DNA of 64,000 nucleotides, taken from the IMG/VR virus record IMGVR_UViG_3300030433_001936, positions 1-64,000 of that record. The stretch is one strand, 5' to 3'. Positions within the stretch are counted from its first letter, which is position 1, and each line of letters opens with the position of its first letter. The translations under genes were made by a program, and so were the position numbers. Below are positions 28,891 through 37,194 of the stretch, piece by piece. The notes beneath the pieces were generated by a model, which made no database searches, was not told where the DNA came from, and saw only the letters and a list, made by a program, of their open reading frames with translations. Source of the stretch: a virus (Duplodnaviria; Caudoviricetes).

Positions 28891-29502
28891 CTAATCGTTC
28901 TTCAATAATTGCCATGCAATATCCATTGGCTCACCTTTCATTTGGTCTTGCCACGCCATCCGCTCATCTGCATTCTGAATTCCAAAATCGGGATATTCGT
29001 CAGTTTCATTGAAAACTCTGCTCATGGCTTGCTGATTGTTATCTGTGTTGGGTTGCATGTCAATTGATGTATGACCACGCAAATTCAACTCGTCTAACAC
29101 TTGCTTGCGTTCTTCCGCATGCTCAGGCTTAATCATCCACAACAAATTGCCTTCCAATTCTTCCGTAGTGATGTTAGCATACGGGCGTGGGTGCAATCCC
29201 AACTCCATTTGCCGTTGGCGTTCTATCTGTTCGTCTTTGGATTCTTGTGGTTGGGCATCGTCTTCAACTGCACCAATGCTCAACAACAAATCCAACAAAC
29301 CTTGCATCACTTCGGGTGGCATATCATCATCGTCATCGTCATCCACTTTCAACAAACGATACGCCAATTTCATTGGCTCACTGTAGCGGAACATGGCATC
29401 CTTTTCCGAAGAACTACCCCCTTCACCACATCGTTCTTCGCATATCATCCGCTGATGCGGAATCGCATGTTCTTGACCACAATAAAAACAACTGTTGCTC
29501 AT
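28891..29502 (-). CDS. Acidic hypothetical protein with two AW/AY..LK tags
   Basis: EPMKLAYRLLK and EPMDIAWQLLK. Confidence 0.7.
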   Translation of the reverse strand: MSNSCFYCGQEHAIPHQRMICEERCGEGGSSSEKDAMFRYSEPMKLAYRLLKVDDDDDDDMPPEVMQGLLDLLLSIGAVEDDAQPQESKDEQIERQRQMELGLHPRPYANITTEELEGNLLWMIKPEHAEERKQVLDELNLRGHTSIDMQPNTDNNQQAMSRVFNETDEYPDFGIQNADERMAWQDQMKGEPMDIAWQLLKND

Positions 29503-29517
29503 TTTTATGACCCCTTA

Positions 29518-30267
29518 TCACATTCTTCCTGCCTGTCTTTCTGATTCTGCCCACGCTAACCATCGGTCTAATTCCCGTTGGAAATCTTCGGGGTCAATCG
29601 CCAATGTTGGGTCATGACCCACTGCATTGTTGATGTATTTGATTGCGTCATTCATGTATTGATGCCCGTCAGGGTGGTCGTCCATTATCGCATGATGAGC
29701 GAACTGCAACGGCAAATAGTCGGGCATGTGCTGTTCCATCAATTGACGAAACATGCCAGGATGTTTCTGTTGAAGCGCATCAATCCACCCTTGACCCATA
29801 TCAGTGAAACCATCAAGGAATGGCGAGAACTTCATGTCGGGGTTGCGAGCCAACACATGCGGAAGCATTTCAGCCAAGCCTTCAGCGTATCCACGACCAC
29901 GGACATCTTCATCCACATGTAGTGCTAAATCCCGTTCTGTGCTTATGTCAGGTACAGTTTCTTCCGACAACGGGTGATACACAAGTTCACCATTCGGCAT
30001 AAGCGTTGACCCAATTTCCAAACTCCCACGGTATGTAGGTCCGTATGGAGTGGGCTTTTCGCCAATATGCCCAGTCATTTGCCCACGCTCTTTGTCATGC
30101 TCAAAATAAACGGGAACATCCTTTTTCTCTTCGGGGTCATAGAACTGACCTTCATATTCATCCATGTCGTCATCAGTGTTGACCCGTCGCACGGTTTCGT
30201 GCCGTAGTGGGGCTTTGACGACATGCGTTTTGAGAAGCAACCATGCTTGCTCAAACGCCCCCTGCAT
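29518..30267 (-). CDS. Tagged protein with GNAT-like acetyl-CoA-binding motif
   Basis: MQGAFEQAWLLLK; LHVDEDVRGRGYAEGL resembles GNAT motif A. Confidence 0.55.
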   Translation of the reverse strand: MQGAFEQAWLLLKTHVVKAPLRHETVRRVNTDDDMDEYEGQFYDPEEKKDVPVYFEHDKERGQMTGHIGEKPTPYGPTYRGSLEIGSTLMPNGELVYHPLSEETVPDISTERDLALHVDEDVRGRGYAEGLAEMLPHVLARNPDMKFSPFLDGFTDMGQGWIDALQQKHPGMFRQLMEQHMPDYLPLQFAHHAIMDDHPDGHQYMNDAIKYINNAVGHDPTLAIDPEDFQRELDRWLAWAESERQAGRM

Positions 30268-30347
30268 GGCACACGCTAAGTGCGACTGCCCGATAAACAA
30301 TTCCTTCCAGAAAAATTTTTTTCGCGATAACGCGCGCTGCTAGGAAG

Positions 30348-30775
30348 GGCAAAACTGACGGGTAAAACTGTCCCTCCGCCTATCTGCGGGTAAAACTGAC
30401 GGGTAAAACTGCCACTGCCACCCTCGGTGGCACACTGACTGCACCGCACTGCGGTGGCACTGTCTGAACGGCGCACTGCGCCACTGTGGTGGTGGGTAAA
30501 ACCTCACACACACAGACAAGCACGGGCAGTGCTAGGCACTGCCCTACACATGCGTGTAAGTACCCAACCAACGGTTGGGTAAAACTACAGCGACGGTTCG
30601 CCCAAACCGAATCAGTCGCGCAGGCACAGTGGCTAGTGCCACTGTGAAGCCAGCCCCCTTCATCCCAACCGTATGGTTGGGCAATCTCATTGTCATCCCA
30701 TCTGATACAGGGTAAAACCGTAGGGTAAAACCACCGAACCCTACCCCAAACATCAGGTAAAACACAGGGTAAAAC
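30348..30775 (+). repeat. GGTAAAAC direct-repeat array interleaved with hairpins (origin/terminus candidate)
   Basis: Exact copies at 30361, 30389, 30402, 30495, 30578, 30711, 30724, 30756, 30768, plus GGCAAAAC at 30348; located at the coding-strand switch. Confidence 0.85.
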
Positions 30776-30820
30776 TGCCGACCAAAAGTGAAGGGAAAGT
30801 GATGGGAAATCGCAGTTTGG

Positions 30821-30853
30821 TTAAATACCCCTCAAACAACACCATTTATGGTG
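30821..30853 (+). promoter_or_regulatory. Early promoter cassette TTAAATACCCCTC-N6-CACCAT-TT-ATGGTG
   Basis: TATA-like box plus palindrome, directly upstream of the 30848 gene; one of 10 copies. Confidence 0.8.
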
Positions 30854-32044
30854 AAACAAATGTTGAATACCAAATACGAAGAAACCAACGAAGCATTGAT
30901 TGAAGCGATTACCAACGATTTCCTCGTTGGCTTGTCTGATGACCGAATGGATGATGGCGTTGCCATCATTTCCACATTGGTGCATTGCACCAATGTCCTC
31001 TCTGGCAACACCGAAGGTGATAAGAAACTGGCAGCCAAAGACATCCGTGATGTCTTTGAAACAAAGAAGCGAAGTTATGCCGACCTTGTCGGCATTGCTA
31101 CCGAAGCCCTCAACCAACCTGAAGGTTGGGTTGACCGAATCAATGCCATCCTTGATGGCATGGAAGCCGAAGAAGTCAACGACCCTGTCGTTGAAGAAGA
31201 CAACACCGAAGTGGTGGCATCTGCCACCACCCCTGTTGATGTCCCTGACATCAACGGATTGGTTGCCTCCGCTGTTGCTGAAGCAACAGCACCAATCATG
31301 GCAATGCTTCAATCAGCGATTGAAACCATGAAGACCAACCACAACGCTGTTGTGGTTGTTGATGACCCAACTCCTCAACCGAAGGTTGAAACCCAACCGA
31401 AGGTTGAAGCACCATCCAATCCTTCGGGATTGGATGAAAAGAAGTCCTACGGCAACCCGAAGGGTTGGTCGGACAAAACCCACTACTCGGTTTCTGTTGT
31501 TGCCGACTTCGTCGGAACAAACAAAACCGATGCCAAATACGGAGTATTTGTTTGCCGTGGTCTGACTCCTGAAGAAGCGACCCTTCAGGGTCGGAAGGTC
31601 GTCCTCCGAAGAATCATCCAAACCATTGACAAGGTCAATGGAAACAAAGCAATCACCAAAGCCACCCAATCCGAGGATTGGATGGCGGTTGCTTCGGATT
31701 CCTTCGGAATCACTGATGCTGTGTTGGATTCGTTCTTGACGAATCCCAACAAATTCCAACAACAGTCCCGAAGGACTGGTGAATCCCTTCGTTCCCGTCT
31801 CGGTATCACCGATACCGAAACCTTCCACAACCTCGTTGTGGAATTGATTGATGCCAACCCTCAACCGAAGGTTGCAGCAAAGCCGAAGGCTTCCACCTCA
31901 ACTCTGTTGACCATGAAGACCGAACCAACGGTGCAACCGAAGGTTGCACCTGCGGTTGCCACTCTTGACCCTGACGAAGTCAAAGCGGTCATGGCGACCT
32001 TCGGTATGACCTTTGCTGAGGCAAAGGCTTACCTCACCGAGTAA
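30848..32044 (+). CDS. Hypothetical 398-aa protein encoded by hairpin-tiled DNA (alternative start 30860)
   Basis: Long ORF with its own promoter and terminator; QPKV peptide repeats; no recognised domain. Confidence 0.8.
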   Translation: MVKQMLNTKYEETNEALIEAITNDFLVGLSDDRMDDGVAIISTLVHCTNVLSGNTEGDKKLAAKDIRDVFETKKRSYADLVGIATEALNQPEGWVDRINAILDGMEAEEVNDPVVEEDNTEVVASATTPVDVPDINGLVASAVAEATAPIMAMLQSAIETMKTNHNAVVVVDDPTPQPKVETQPKVEAPSNPSGLDEKKSYGNPKGWSDKTHYSVSVVADFVGTNKTDAKYGVFVCRGLTPEEATLQGRKVVLRRIIQTIDKVNGNKAITKATQSEDWMAVASDSFGITDAVLDSFLTNPNKFQQQSRRTGESLRSRLGITDTETFHNLVVELIDANPQPKVAAKPKASTSTLLTMKTEPTVQPKVAPAVATLDPDEVKAVMATFGMTFAEAKAYLTE

Positions 32045-32052
32045 TCGGTGAA

Positions 32053-32181
32053 CGGGGTTGGCAACCCCGACCCACCTTCGGTGGGACTCGGTTGACCACC
32101 GCCCTTCGGGGCGGTGGTTGACCACTCGTTCTCCTTGTTGGTTTTGGGGGGCAGGGCTATCGCCCTGCCTCCCTTTTTTTT
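32053..32181 (+). terminator. Four consecutive stem-loops ending in hairpin plus T8 (intrinsic terminator / structured 3' UTR)
   Basis: Stems 32053-32069, 32071-32085, 32095-32118 (10 bp, C-TTCG-G loop), 32146-32173 (12 bp with one G-U), then T8 at 32174-32181. Confidence 0.75.
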
Positions 32182-32385
32182 ATACGCGCGCGATTCTCCA
32201 CCCCTCTTGAGGGGCTTCTCCCTCATGCGTGTGTAGGAATCGGTTTGATTCTGCAGTGGTTCTGCACCGATTCTGTATCCAATCCTAGTGGATTGACTAG
32301 TGTTTTGCCGTCTTCTGTGTCATGCTAGTGCATGACACTGCATCCATTTTGATTCAATGGCAGACCAGACCCAGTGGATTCAGTG

Positions 32386-32455
32386 GTTTTACCCAGTGAA
32401 AACGACGATGATTAGCAGGTAAAACAGCAGGTTCACTGCAGGTAAAACTGCAGTG
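32386..32455. repeat. Second GGTAAAAC cluster
   Basis: Inverted copy GTTTTACC at 32386; direct copies at 32418 and 32441, the latter within the hairpin CACTGCAG-GTAAAA-CTGCAGTG. Confidence 0.75.
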
Positions 32456-32719
32456 GGTTGTCGTTTCGTACGACAGTGTCGGCTTAGTGCCTCCACTGCC
32501 ACTCCAACCATACGGTTGGAAACCCTACAGATTCTGGATGACACTGCATCGCCTCCCCGAAACCTGATGTCCCCCATATCAATCGCTGTGGTTGCCCTGC
32601 CGACCACCCATCAGGGTTATCCAAACCCCTACTAGTATGCCGATGAGATGGCATGGATGATTCAGCATGATGATAGTGCGTCCGTAGTGGACGCAGTTGT
32701 TGTGCAGTTTTGCTGTAGT

Positions 32720-32828
32720 GTATTGATATTATTCAGTATTGTATTAAACAATAATAGAGTATATTTATCCTAAAGGATACAGGATACGACCAAAGGTAAT
32801 ACAGTCCAATACGATACAGAATAATATC
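32720..32828. repeat. AT-rich dispersed element, copy B, with inverted partner
   Basis: GTATTGATATTATTCAGTATTGTATTAAACAATAATAG (32720-32757), 32/38 identical to copy A; ATACAGAATAATATC at 32814-32828 is a 14/15 inverted match. Confidence 0.75.
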
Positions 32829-32842
32829 GGGACAACCGCCGA

Positions 32843-32878
32843 TTAAATACCCCTCAACCATCACCATCTTTGATGGTA
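32843..32878 (+). promoter_or_regulatory. Early promoter cassette
   Basis: TTAAATACCCCTC-AACCAT-CACCATC-TTT-GATGGT. Confidence 0.8.
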
Positions 32879-33139
32879 TCAATGGATGAAATCAATGAAA
32901 TGGAAAGGAAGATGGGTGGCTTTGTCATCAGAACGAATCAAAGAAACGAAAAGGTGTTTTGGGTGGTTGGCAATCGCAAAAGGTTGCTGTATCGTCATCA
33001 AATGACCACTGGCAAGTTCTTCAACAAAGACGACAAAGAAATGTCGGCAAAAGCGGTTCGTGAAGCCAAAGCCTTCATTGCTGAAATGTCAAAGCCGAAG
33101 TCGTTGTTCGCTATCAAGTCCGAAGGTGATTCCCAATGA
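32870..33139 (+). CDS. Hypothetical early protein
   Basis: 89 aa directly behind the promoter cassette. Confidence 0.7.
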   Translation: MMVSMDEINEMERKMGGFVIRTNQRNEKVFWVVGNRKRLLYRHQMTTGKFFNKDDKEMSAKAVREAKAFIAEMSKPKSLFAIKSEGDSQ

Positions 33140-33753
33140 AGACCCAACTAGTTCATTGGGTTGAAGGTGGTTCAATCACCACTGGTGCTGATGTTCCCGT
33201 TGTTTGCCAATCCCATGCTGGTTTCATTGAATGTCCTCACTGTGGCAACGATAAGGCATCGGTATTATCTGACATGGAGAATGGTCATCCCAACACTATG
33301 TGGAGAACCGATTGTGGTGATTGCGACCACAATCAGCATGTCTATGTCATTGAACTGAACAAGTATGCTTTTGCTTACCTCAAGTCCATTCGTTTCAATT
33401 GCATTGAAGCGATAATGAATTGGGGTCATCAGTACTCAATGATTGGAGAACAAGTCGCCAAAGACCGTGCCACACTCAAAGAGATACTCATGGATGACCA
33501 ACGACTTGATGGTTTTGACATGGAGTACTTGTTCGGTGATGATTGGAAGGAAGAGTTCGGTATCACTCAATCAATTGAGATGACCTATGATGGTGTTTTC
33601 TATCATGGTTATCGTGGTGATGTTCCCACTGAAGTCATTGCCGAAGGCAAAGACGCAGTTCGGATATGGTTGACTGAACATGGTGAACCGATGCCGTATG
33701 ACTATGATGCTTTTGACAATATCAGATTCAATGGAAAGAAGGATGTGGAATGA
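33136..33753 (+). CDS. Hypothetical protein with Zn ribbon
   Basis: CPHCGND..CGDCDH; ATGA overlap. Confidence 0.7.
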   Translation: MKTQLVHWVEGGSITTGADVPVVCQSHAGFIECPHCGNDKASVLSDMENGHPNTMWRTDCGDCDHNQHVYVIELNKYAFAYLKSIRFNCIEAIMNWGHQYSMIGEQVAKDRATLKEILMDDQRLDGFDMEYLFGDDWKEEFGITQSIEMTYDGVFYHGYRGDVPTEVIAEGKDAVRIWLTEHGEPMPYDYDAFDNIRFNGKKDVE

Positions 33754-34085
33754 TGACTGAATGCGACTGTAGCAACATTGGATTTGTGAACAACGATTGG
33801 CTATGTCTTGATTGTGGAGACAAGGTTGAACCACCGAAGGACGACGATGAGTTCCTCAAGATGGATGAGATGTTGAACGAAGCAACGGGTTGTCCCCACT
33901 ATGAACTCATTATTGATTCAATTCAAGAACACTTTGACAATGCCCCTGGCGACTTGATACCTCAAGATGTATTGCTGAATGCCATTCGGCATTATGGCAA
34001 AGCGTTGGAAGATGCACTGAAACTAAATGAAGCCATGAAGAAATCCCTTCGTGAGTATTTAGACATTGAACACGGGTGGTGCTGA
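33750..34085 (+). CDS. Hypothetical protein with Zn ribbon
   Basis: CDC..CLDC; ATGA overlap. Confidence 0.65.
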   Translation: MMTECDCSNIGFVNNDWLCLDCGDKVEPPKDDDEFLKMDEMLNEATGCPHYELIIDSIQEHFDNAPGDLIPQDVLLNAIRHYGKALEDALKLNEAMKKSLREYLDIEHGWC

Positions 34086-34093
34086 TTTTGTTG

Positions 34094-34123
34094 TTAAATA
34101 CCCCTCAACAAACACCAAAGGTG
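34094..34123 (+). promoter_or_regulatory. Early promoter cassette
   Basis: TTAAATACCCCTC-AACAAA-CACC-AAA-GGTG. Confidence 0.8.
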
Positions 34124-34132
34124 ATGATTGAA

Positions 34133-34468
34133 ATGGAACGAAGTTATTGGTTTGAAGAAGCGGTGTGGACTCGTTCATGCACTGGTTGTAAAAAGGTTGG
34201 AACACAAAAGGTCGTCAAGATACTCGGTGATGCCCCTGACCAAACCCATGCTTTAGTTCGTTGTTTCAATGACAGATGCAATTGGAATGATTGCAATTTG
34301 CACTTGGTCTTCAACAAGCCCGAGTTCAATGGATGGAAGCCGAAGGGCATTGATGTTCCAAAGACGATGGTGAAACCATCGCCACAAAAGAAACCCACTG
34401 TTGGTTTGGGTGCTTTCTTGAAAGCAAAGCCAACAACCCCAAAGCGCAAGTCGCTGTTTGACCTATGA
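34133..34468 (+). CDS. Hypothetical Cys-containing protein
   Basis: Start moved downstream of the promoter cassette; CTGC..CFNDRC; ends KRKSLFDL. Confidence 0.65.
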   Translation: MERSYWFEEAVWTRSCTGCKKVGTQKVVKILGDAPDQTHALVRCFNDRCNWNDCNLHLVFNKPEFNGWKPKGIDVPKTMVKPSPQKKPTVGLGAFLKAKPTTPKRKSLFDL

Positions 34469-34546
34469 GGTGAAGAAGATGAATGAAAGAAAACCATACA
34501 GACCTGCTGATGAATTTGATGACATGGCTGGATTTGAACCAACGGA

Positions 34547-36925
34547 GTGATTGAGATGACGAATTTGTTTGACATAATGAACAGTAAGAAGACACAACCA
34601 AAGAAGGAAGACCCGACAACGGTGTTGTCGGCAACGCAGTTGCATCAACTGTGTCAAGCCATGAGTGGTCGGGGCGCACCGACTCAACATGATGACATGG
34701 GATGGTGCAAAGACACTTGGACTGAAGGTAATCGGCTTGCCGATTTGCCATCGTTGAATCGTGAAGATGCCTATCAAGCATCAGTCATCCTTTACAAGTT
34801 TGCCAACACTCAACTGCCATTGATTGCCGATGGCTTTGGGTTCAAGTGCAACAATGAAATCATGTGGGCGACTCGTCAGCATTTGAAACTGAACACCCTT
34901 GTCTTCAAAGACAATTGGGGTGAAAGGATTGCACTGCTCGGTTGGTATAATACCGATGCCAAAGACGCACTCAAAGCGGAACTCAAGTTCCCCGCCATTG
35001 CTTGGACTACATCGGACAAGATTCCCGACTTCCCTGACCCCAATGTTCACGGTGCTTGGACTATCCAAAACAAACCCGATGTTGTTTCAAAGGTCGTTGA
35101 GATTCTTCAACGGTTTGACATTGACTTCGCTGACCAAGTGGATGCCATGCCGATTCAAAGTGAGCAACCACCGACTAAGGCAACAGCGACCCAACCGAAG
35201 GTTGACCCACGGTACAAAGCCATCGTCAACATTGATTCACTTGAGTTGACCTGGCCCTTCCTCAACAACAATGCCGACATTCGTTCAGCCATCAAACAAG
35301 TTGATGGTTGGAAGTGGGATGGTGAAAAGAAAGTGTGGCGTATTCCTTTGGCTCAAGCCACCCGTGTGGCTGATTTGGTTCGTCCCCACTCCGCTCAATT
35401 GGCTGATGCCATCATCGCTGTTCCCGAAGTGGCAACGGCATTGGAAGCCACGCTAAAGCGTGTTCAATTGTCCCAAGCAGTGGAAGCACCTGATGTCATG
35501 GTTGATGACATCAAGCAAAGACTTGACGGCAAATTCCCCGATGGTCTTGAGTTGTTCCCATTCCAATATGTCGGTGTCGGATTCATTGAGGCTGCTAATG
35601 GCAGGGCAATGATTGGTGATGAGATGGGTGTTGGAAAGACCATTCAAGCCATCGGCTATGCCGTTCTTCATCCCGAACTCTGGCCTTGTTTGGTCATCAG
35701 CCCTGCGAATGTCAAGTACAATTGGGGCAAAGAAATCGCCAAGTGGATTCCCGATGCTTCATGCACTGTTGTGAAGAACGGCAAGTCCATCATTGAAGAT
35801 GCAGATTTCACCGTCATCAATTATGACTTGCTTGCCAAGCGAAAGGATGAGTTGTTGGCAAACGGATACAACCTTGTCATCATGGATGAATCCCACTACA
35901 TCAAAGAAGAAAAAGCACAGCGCACTCAAGCCGCGATTGCCATTGCCCAACAATCAACGGGGTTGATTTGTTTGACGGGGACTCCCATCACCAACCGACC
36001 TGCCGAGTTCTTTACACAGTTGAATCTGTTGCGACCTGGTCGGTTCGCCAATGTTTGGAATTACCGAAAGCGATACTGCGCTGCTCGGAAGACCAAGTGG
36101 GGAATGAAATACGATGGTGCATCCAACCTCGCTGAACTCAATGCCGAGTGTCGGGACTTCATGGTTCGTCGGTTGTTGTCGGAAGTCATTCCTGAAATGC
36201 CCGACCTCATCACCGAGTATCAATCGGTGGAACTTGACGATGCCGATTGGAAGAACTACATGGAACTTGTTCGTCAATGGCAACAATCGTATGAGTACTA
36301 CCTTGACAATCCACCGATGCCCGCTGGCTTTGTCTTGAATATGTTGACGGAACTCCGTCATCATTGTGGATTGTTGAAGTGCAAATACACCGCTGATTAC
36401 ATCGTGGACTATGTTCACTCGCAATCCAAACCATTGGTTGTGTTCACTCATCACCGTGATGTCATGGATGACATCATTGCCAATCTAAGTGATAAGACAA
36501 TCCGCTATGGCATCATTCGTGGTGGAACATCACCTCAAGCACGACAGCAACTCGTTGATGAATTCCAATCCGATGGATTGGATGTATTGTTTTGTGCCAC
36601 TGTAGCAGCGAAGGAAGGTATCACATTGACCAACGCTGACACTGTGGTGTTTGTTGAAAGGGAATGGGTGCCTGGTTGGGAGGCTCAAGCCGCGGCTCGG
36701 ATTCGTCGTATCTCCCAACAATCATCCCACTGCCGTCAAGTGTTCTTGTCGGTTGCAAAGTCCATTGACCAGCACTTTGATGCTGTGGTTTCGGCTAAAG
36801 CCGAAGTGTTGACATCAGCCCTTGATGGGGATGAAGAAGCCCGTGCCACCAATCAAATCGTGAACGATTTGTTGAAGCGACTGATTGCTGACAATGGATG
36901 GAGAACAAAGAAGGTGAACGAATGA
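34547..36925 (+). CDS. SNF2-family helicase with HARP-like N-terminal domain (SMARCAL1-like)
   Basis: GDEMGVGKTIQA, IMDESHYIK, LTGTPITNRPAE, GITLTNA, QAAARIRRISQ; IRSAIKQVDGWKWDGEKKVWRIP. Confidence 0.88.
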   Translation: MIEMTNLFDIMNSKKTQPKKEDPTTVLSATQLHQLCQAMSGRGAPTQHDDMGWCKDTWTEGNRLADLPSLNREDAYQASVILYKFANTQLPLIADGFGFKCNNEIMWATRQHLKLNTLVFKDNWGERIALLGWYNTDAKDALKAELKFPAIAWTTSDKIPDFPDPNVHGAWTIQNKPDVVSKVVEILQRFDIDFADQVDAMPIQSEQPPTKATATQPKVDPRYKAIVNIDSLELTWPFLNNNADIRSAIKQVDGWKWDGEKKVWRIPLAQATRVADLVRPHSAQLADAIIAVPEVATALEATLKRVQLSQAVEAPDVMVDDIKQRLDGKFPDGLELFPFQYVGVGFIEAANGRAMIGDEMGVGKTIQAIGYAVLHPELWPCLVISPANVKYNWGKEIAKWIPDASCTVVKNGKSIIEDADFTVINYDLLAKRKDELLANGYNLVIMDESHYIKEEKAQRTQAAIAIAQQSTGLICLTGTPITNRPAEFFTQLNLLRPGRFANVWNYRKRYCAARKTKWGMKYDGASNLAELNAECRDFMVRRLLSEVIPEMPDLITEYQSVELDDADWKNYMELVRQWQQSYEYYLDNPPMPAGFVLNMLTELRHHCGLLKCKYTADYIVDYVHSQSKPLVVFTHHRDVMDDIIANLSDKTIRYGIIRGGTSPQARQQLVDEFQSDGLDVLFCATVAAKEGITLTNADTVVFVEREWVPGWEAQAAARIRRISQQSSHCRQVFLSVAKSIDQHFDAVVSAKAEVLTSALDGDEEARATNQIVNDLLKRLIADNGWRTKKVNE

Positions 36926-37089
36926 AGAAAGAGATAATCGGAATTGGACCAGTGAAAGAAGGTGAAAGCGCGGCTATGAAAATCATGCAACTGATGTACA
37001 ACAAACCGCCAGGTATTGGTTGGAGATGGAACAGATTTGAAGCCCACTGGGAAAGAGAAGTCTTCACCAAAGGAGTTGAAGAAGAATGA
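36922..37089 (+). CDS. Hypothetical small protein
   Basis: ATGA overlap with the helicase stop; ends GVEEE. Confidence 0.55.
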   Translation: MKKEIIGIGPVKEGESAAMKIMQLMYNKPPGIGWRWNRFEAHWEREVFTKGVEEE

Positions 37090-37155
37090 AACAGTACGAA
37101 CATAATGTAGTCATGTGTGCATGCAAGAAGCAAAGTCTTGGATGGTGTGTTGCCA

Positions 37156-37185
37156 TTAAATGCCCCTCAAACGACACCGAAGGTG
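37156..37185 (+). promoter_or_regulatory. Early promoter cassette (1 mismatch)
   Basis: TTAAATGCCCCTC-AAACGA-CACC-GAA-GGTG. Confidence 0.75.
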
Positions 37186-37194
37186 GTGAAGCAA

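Noticed and set aside
30348-30775. CRISPR-like array
   Set aside because: The repeat is only 8 nt with spacing from 12 to 133 nt and no cas operon. The Cas4-like gene at 60829 sits in a replication context.
30821-31864. Antisense ORFs 30821-31312 and 31313-31864 (163 and 183 aa)
   Set aside because: They are the expected by-product of palindrome-rich DNA opposite a real gene, with no promoter or RBS seen.
30625-32338. TAGT loops as rolling-circle nick sites (TAGTATTAC-like)
   Set aside because: The loops are only 3-5 nt, the nonanucleotide is absent and no HUH Rep was found.
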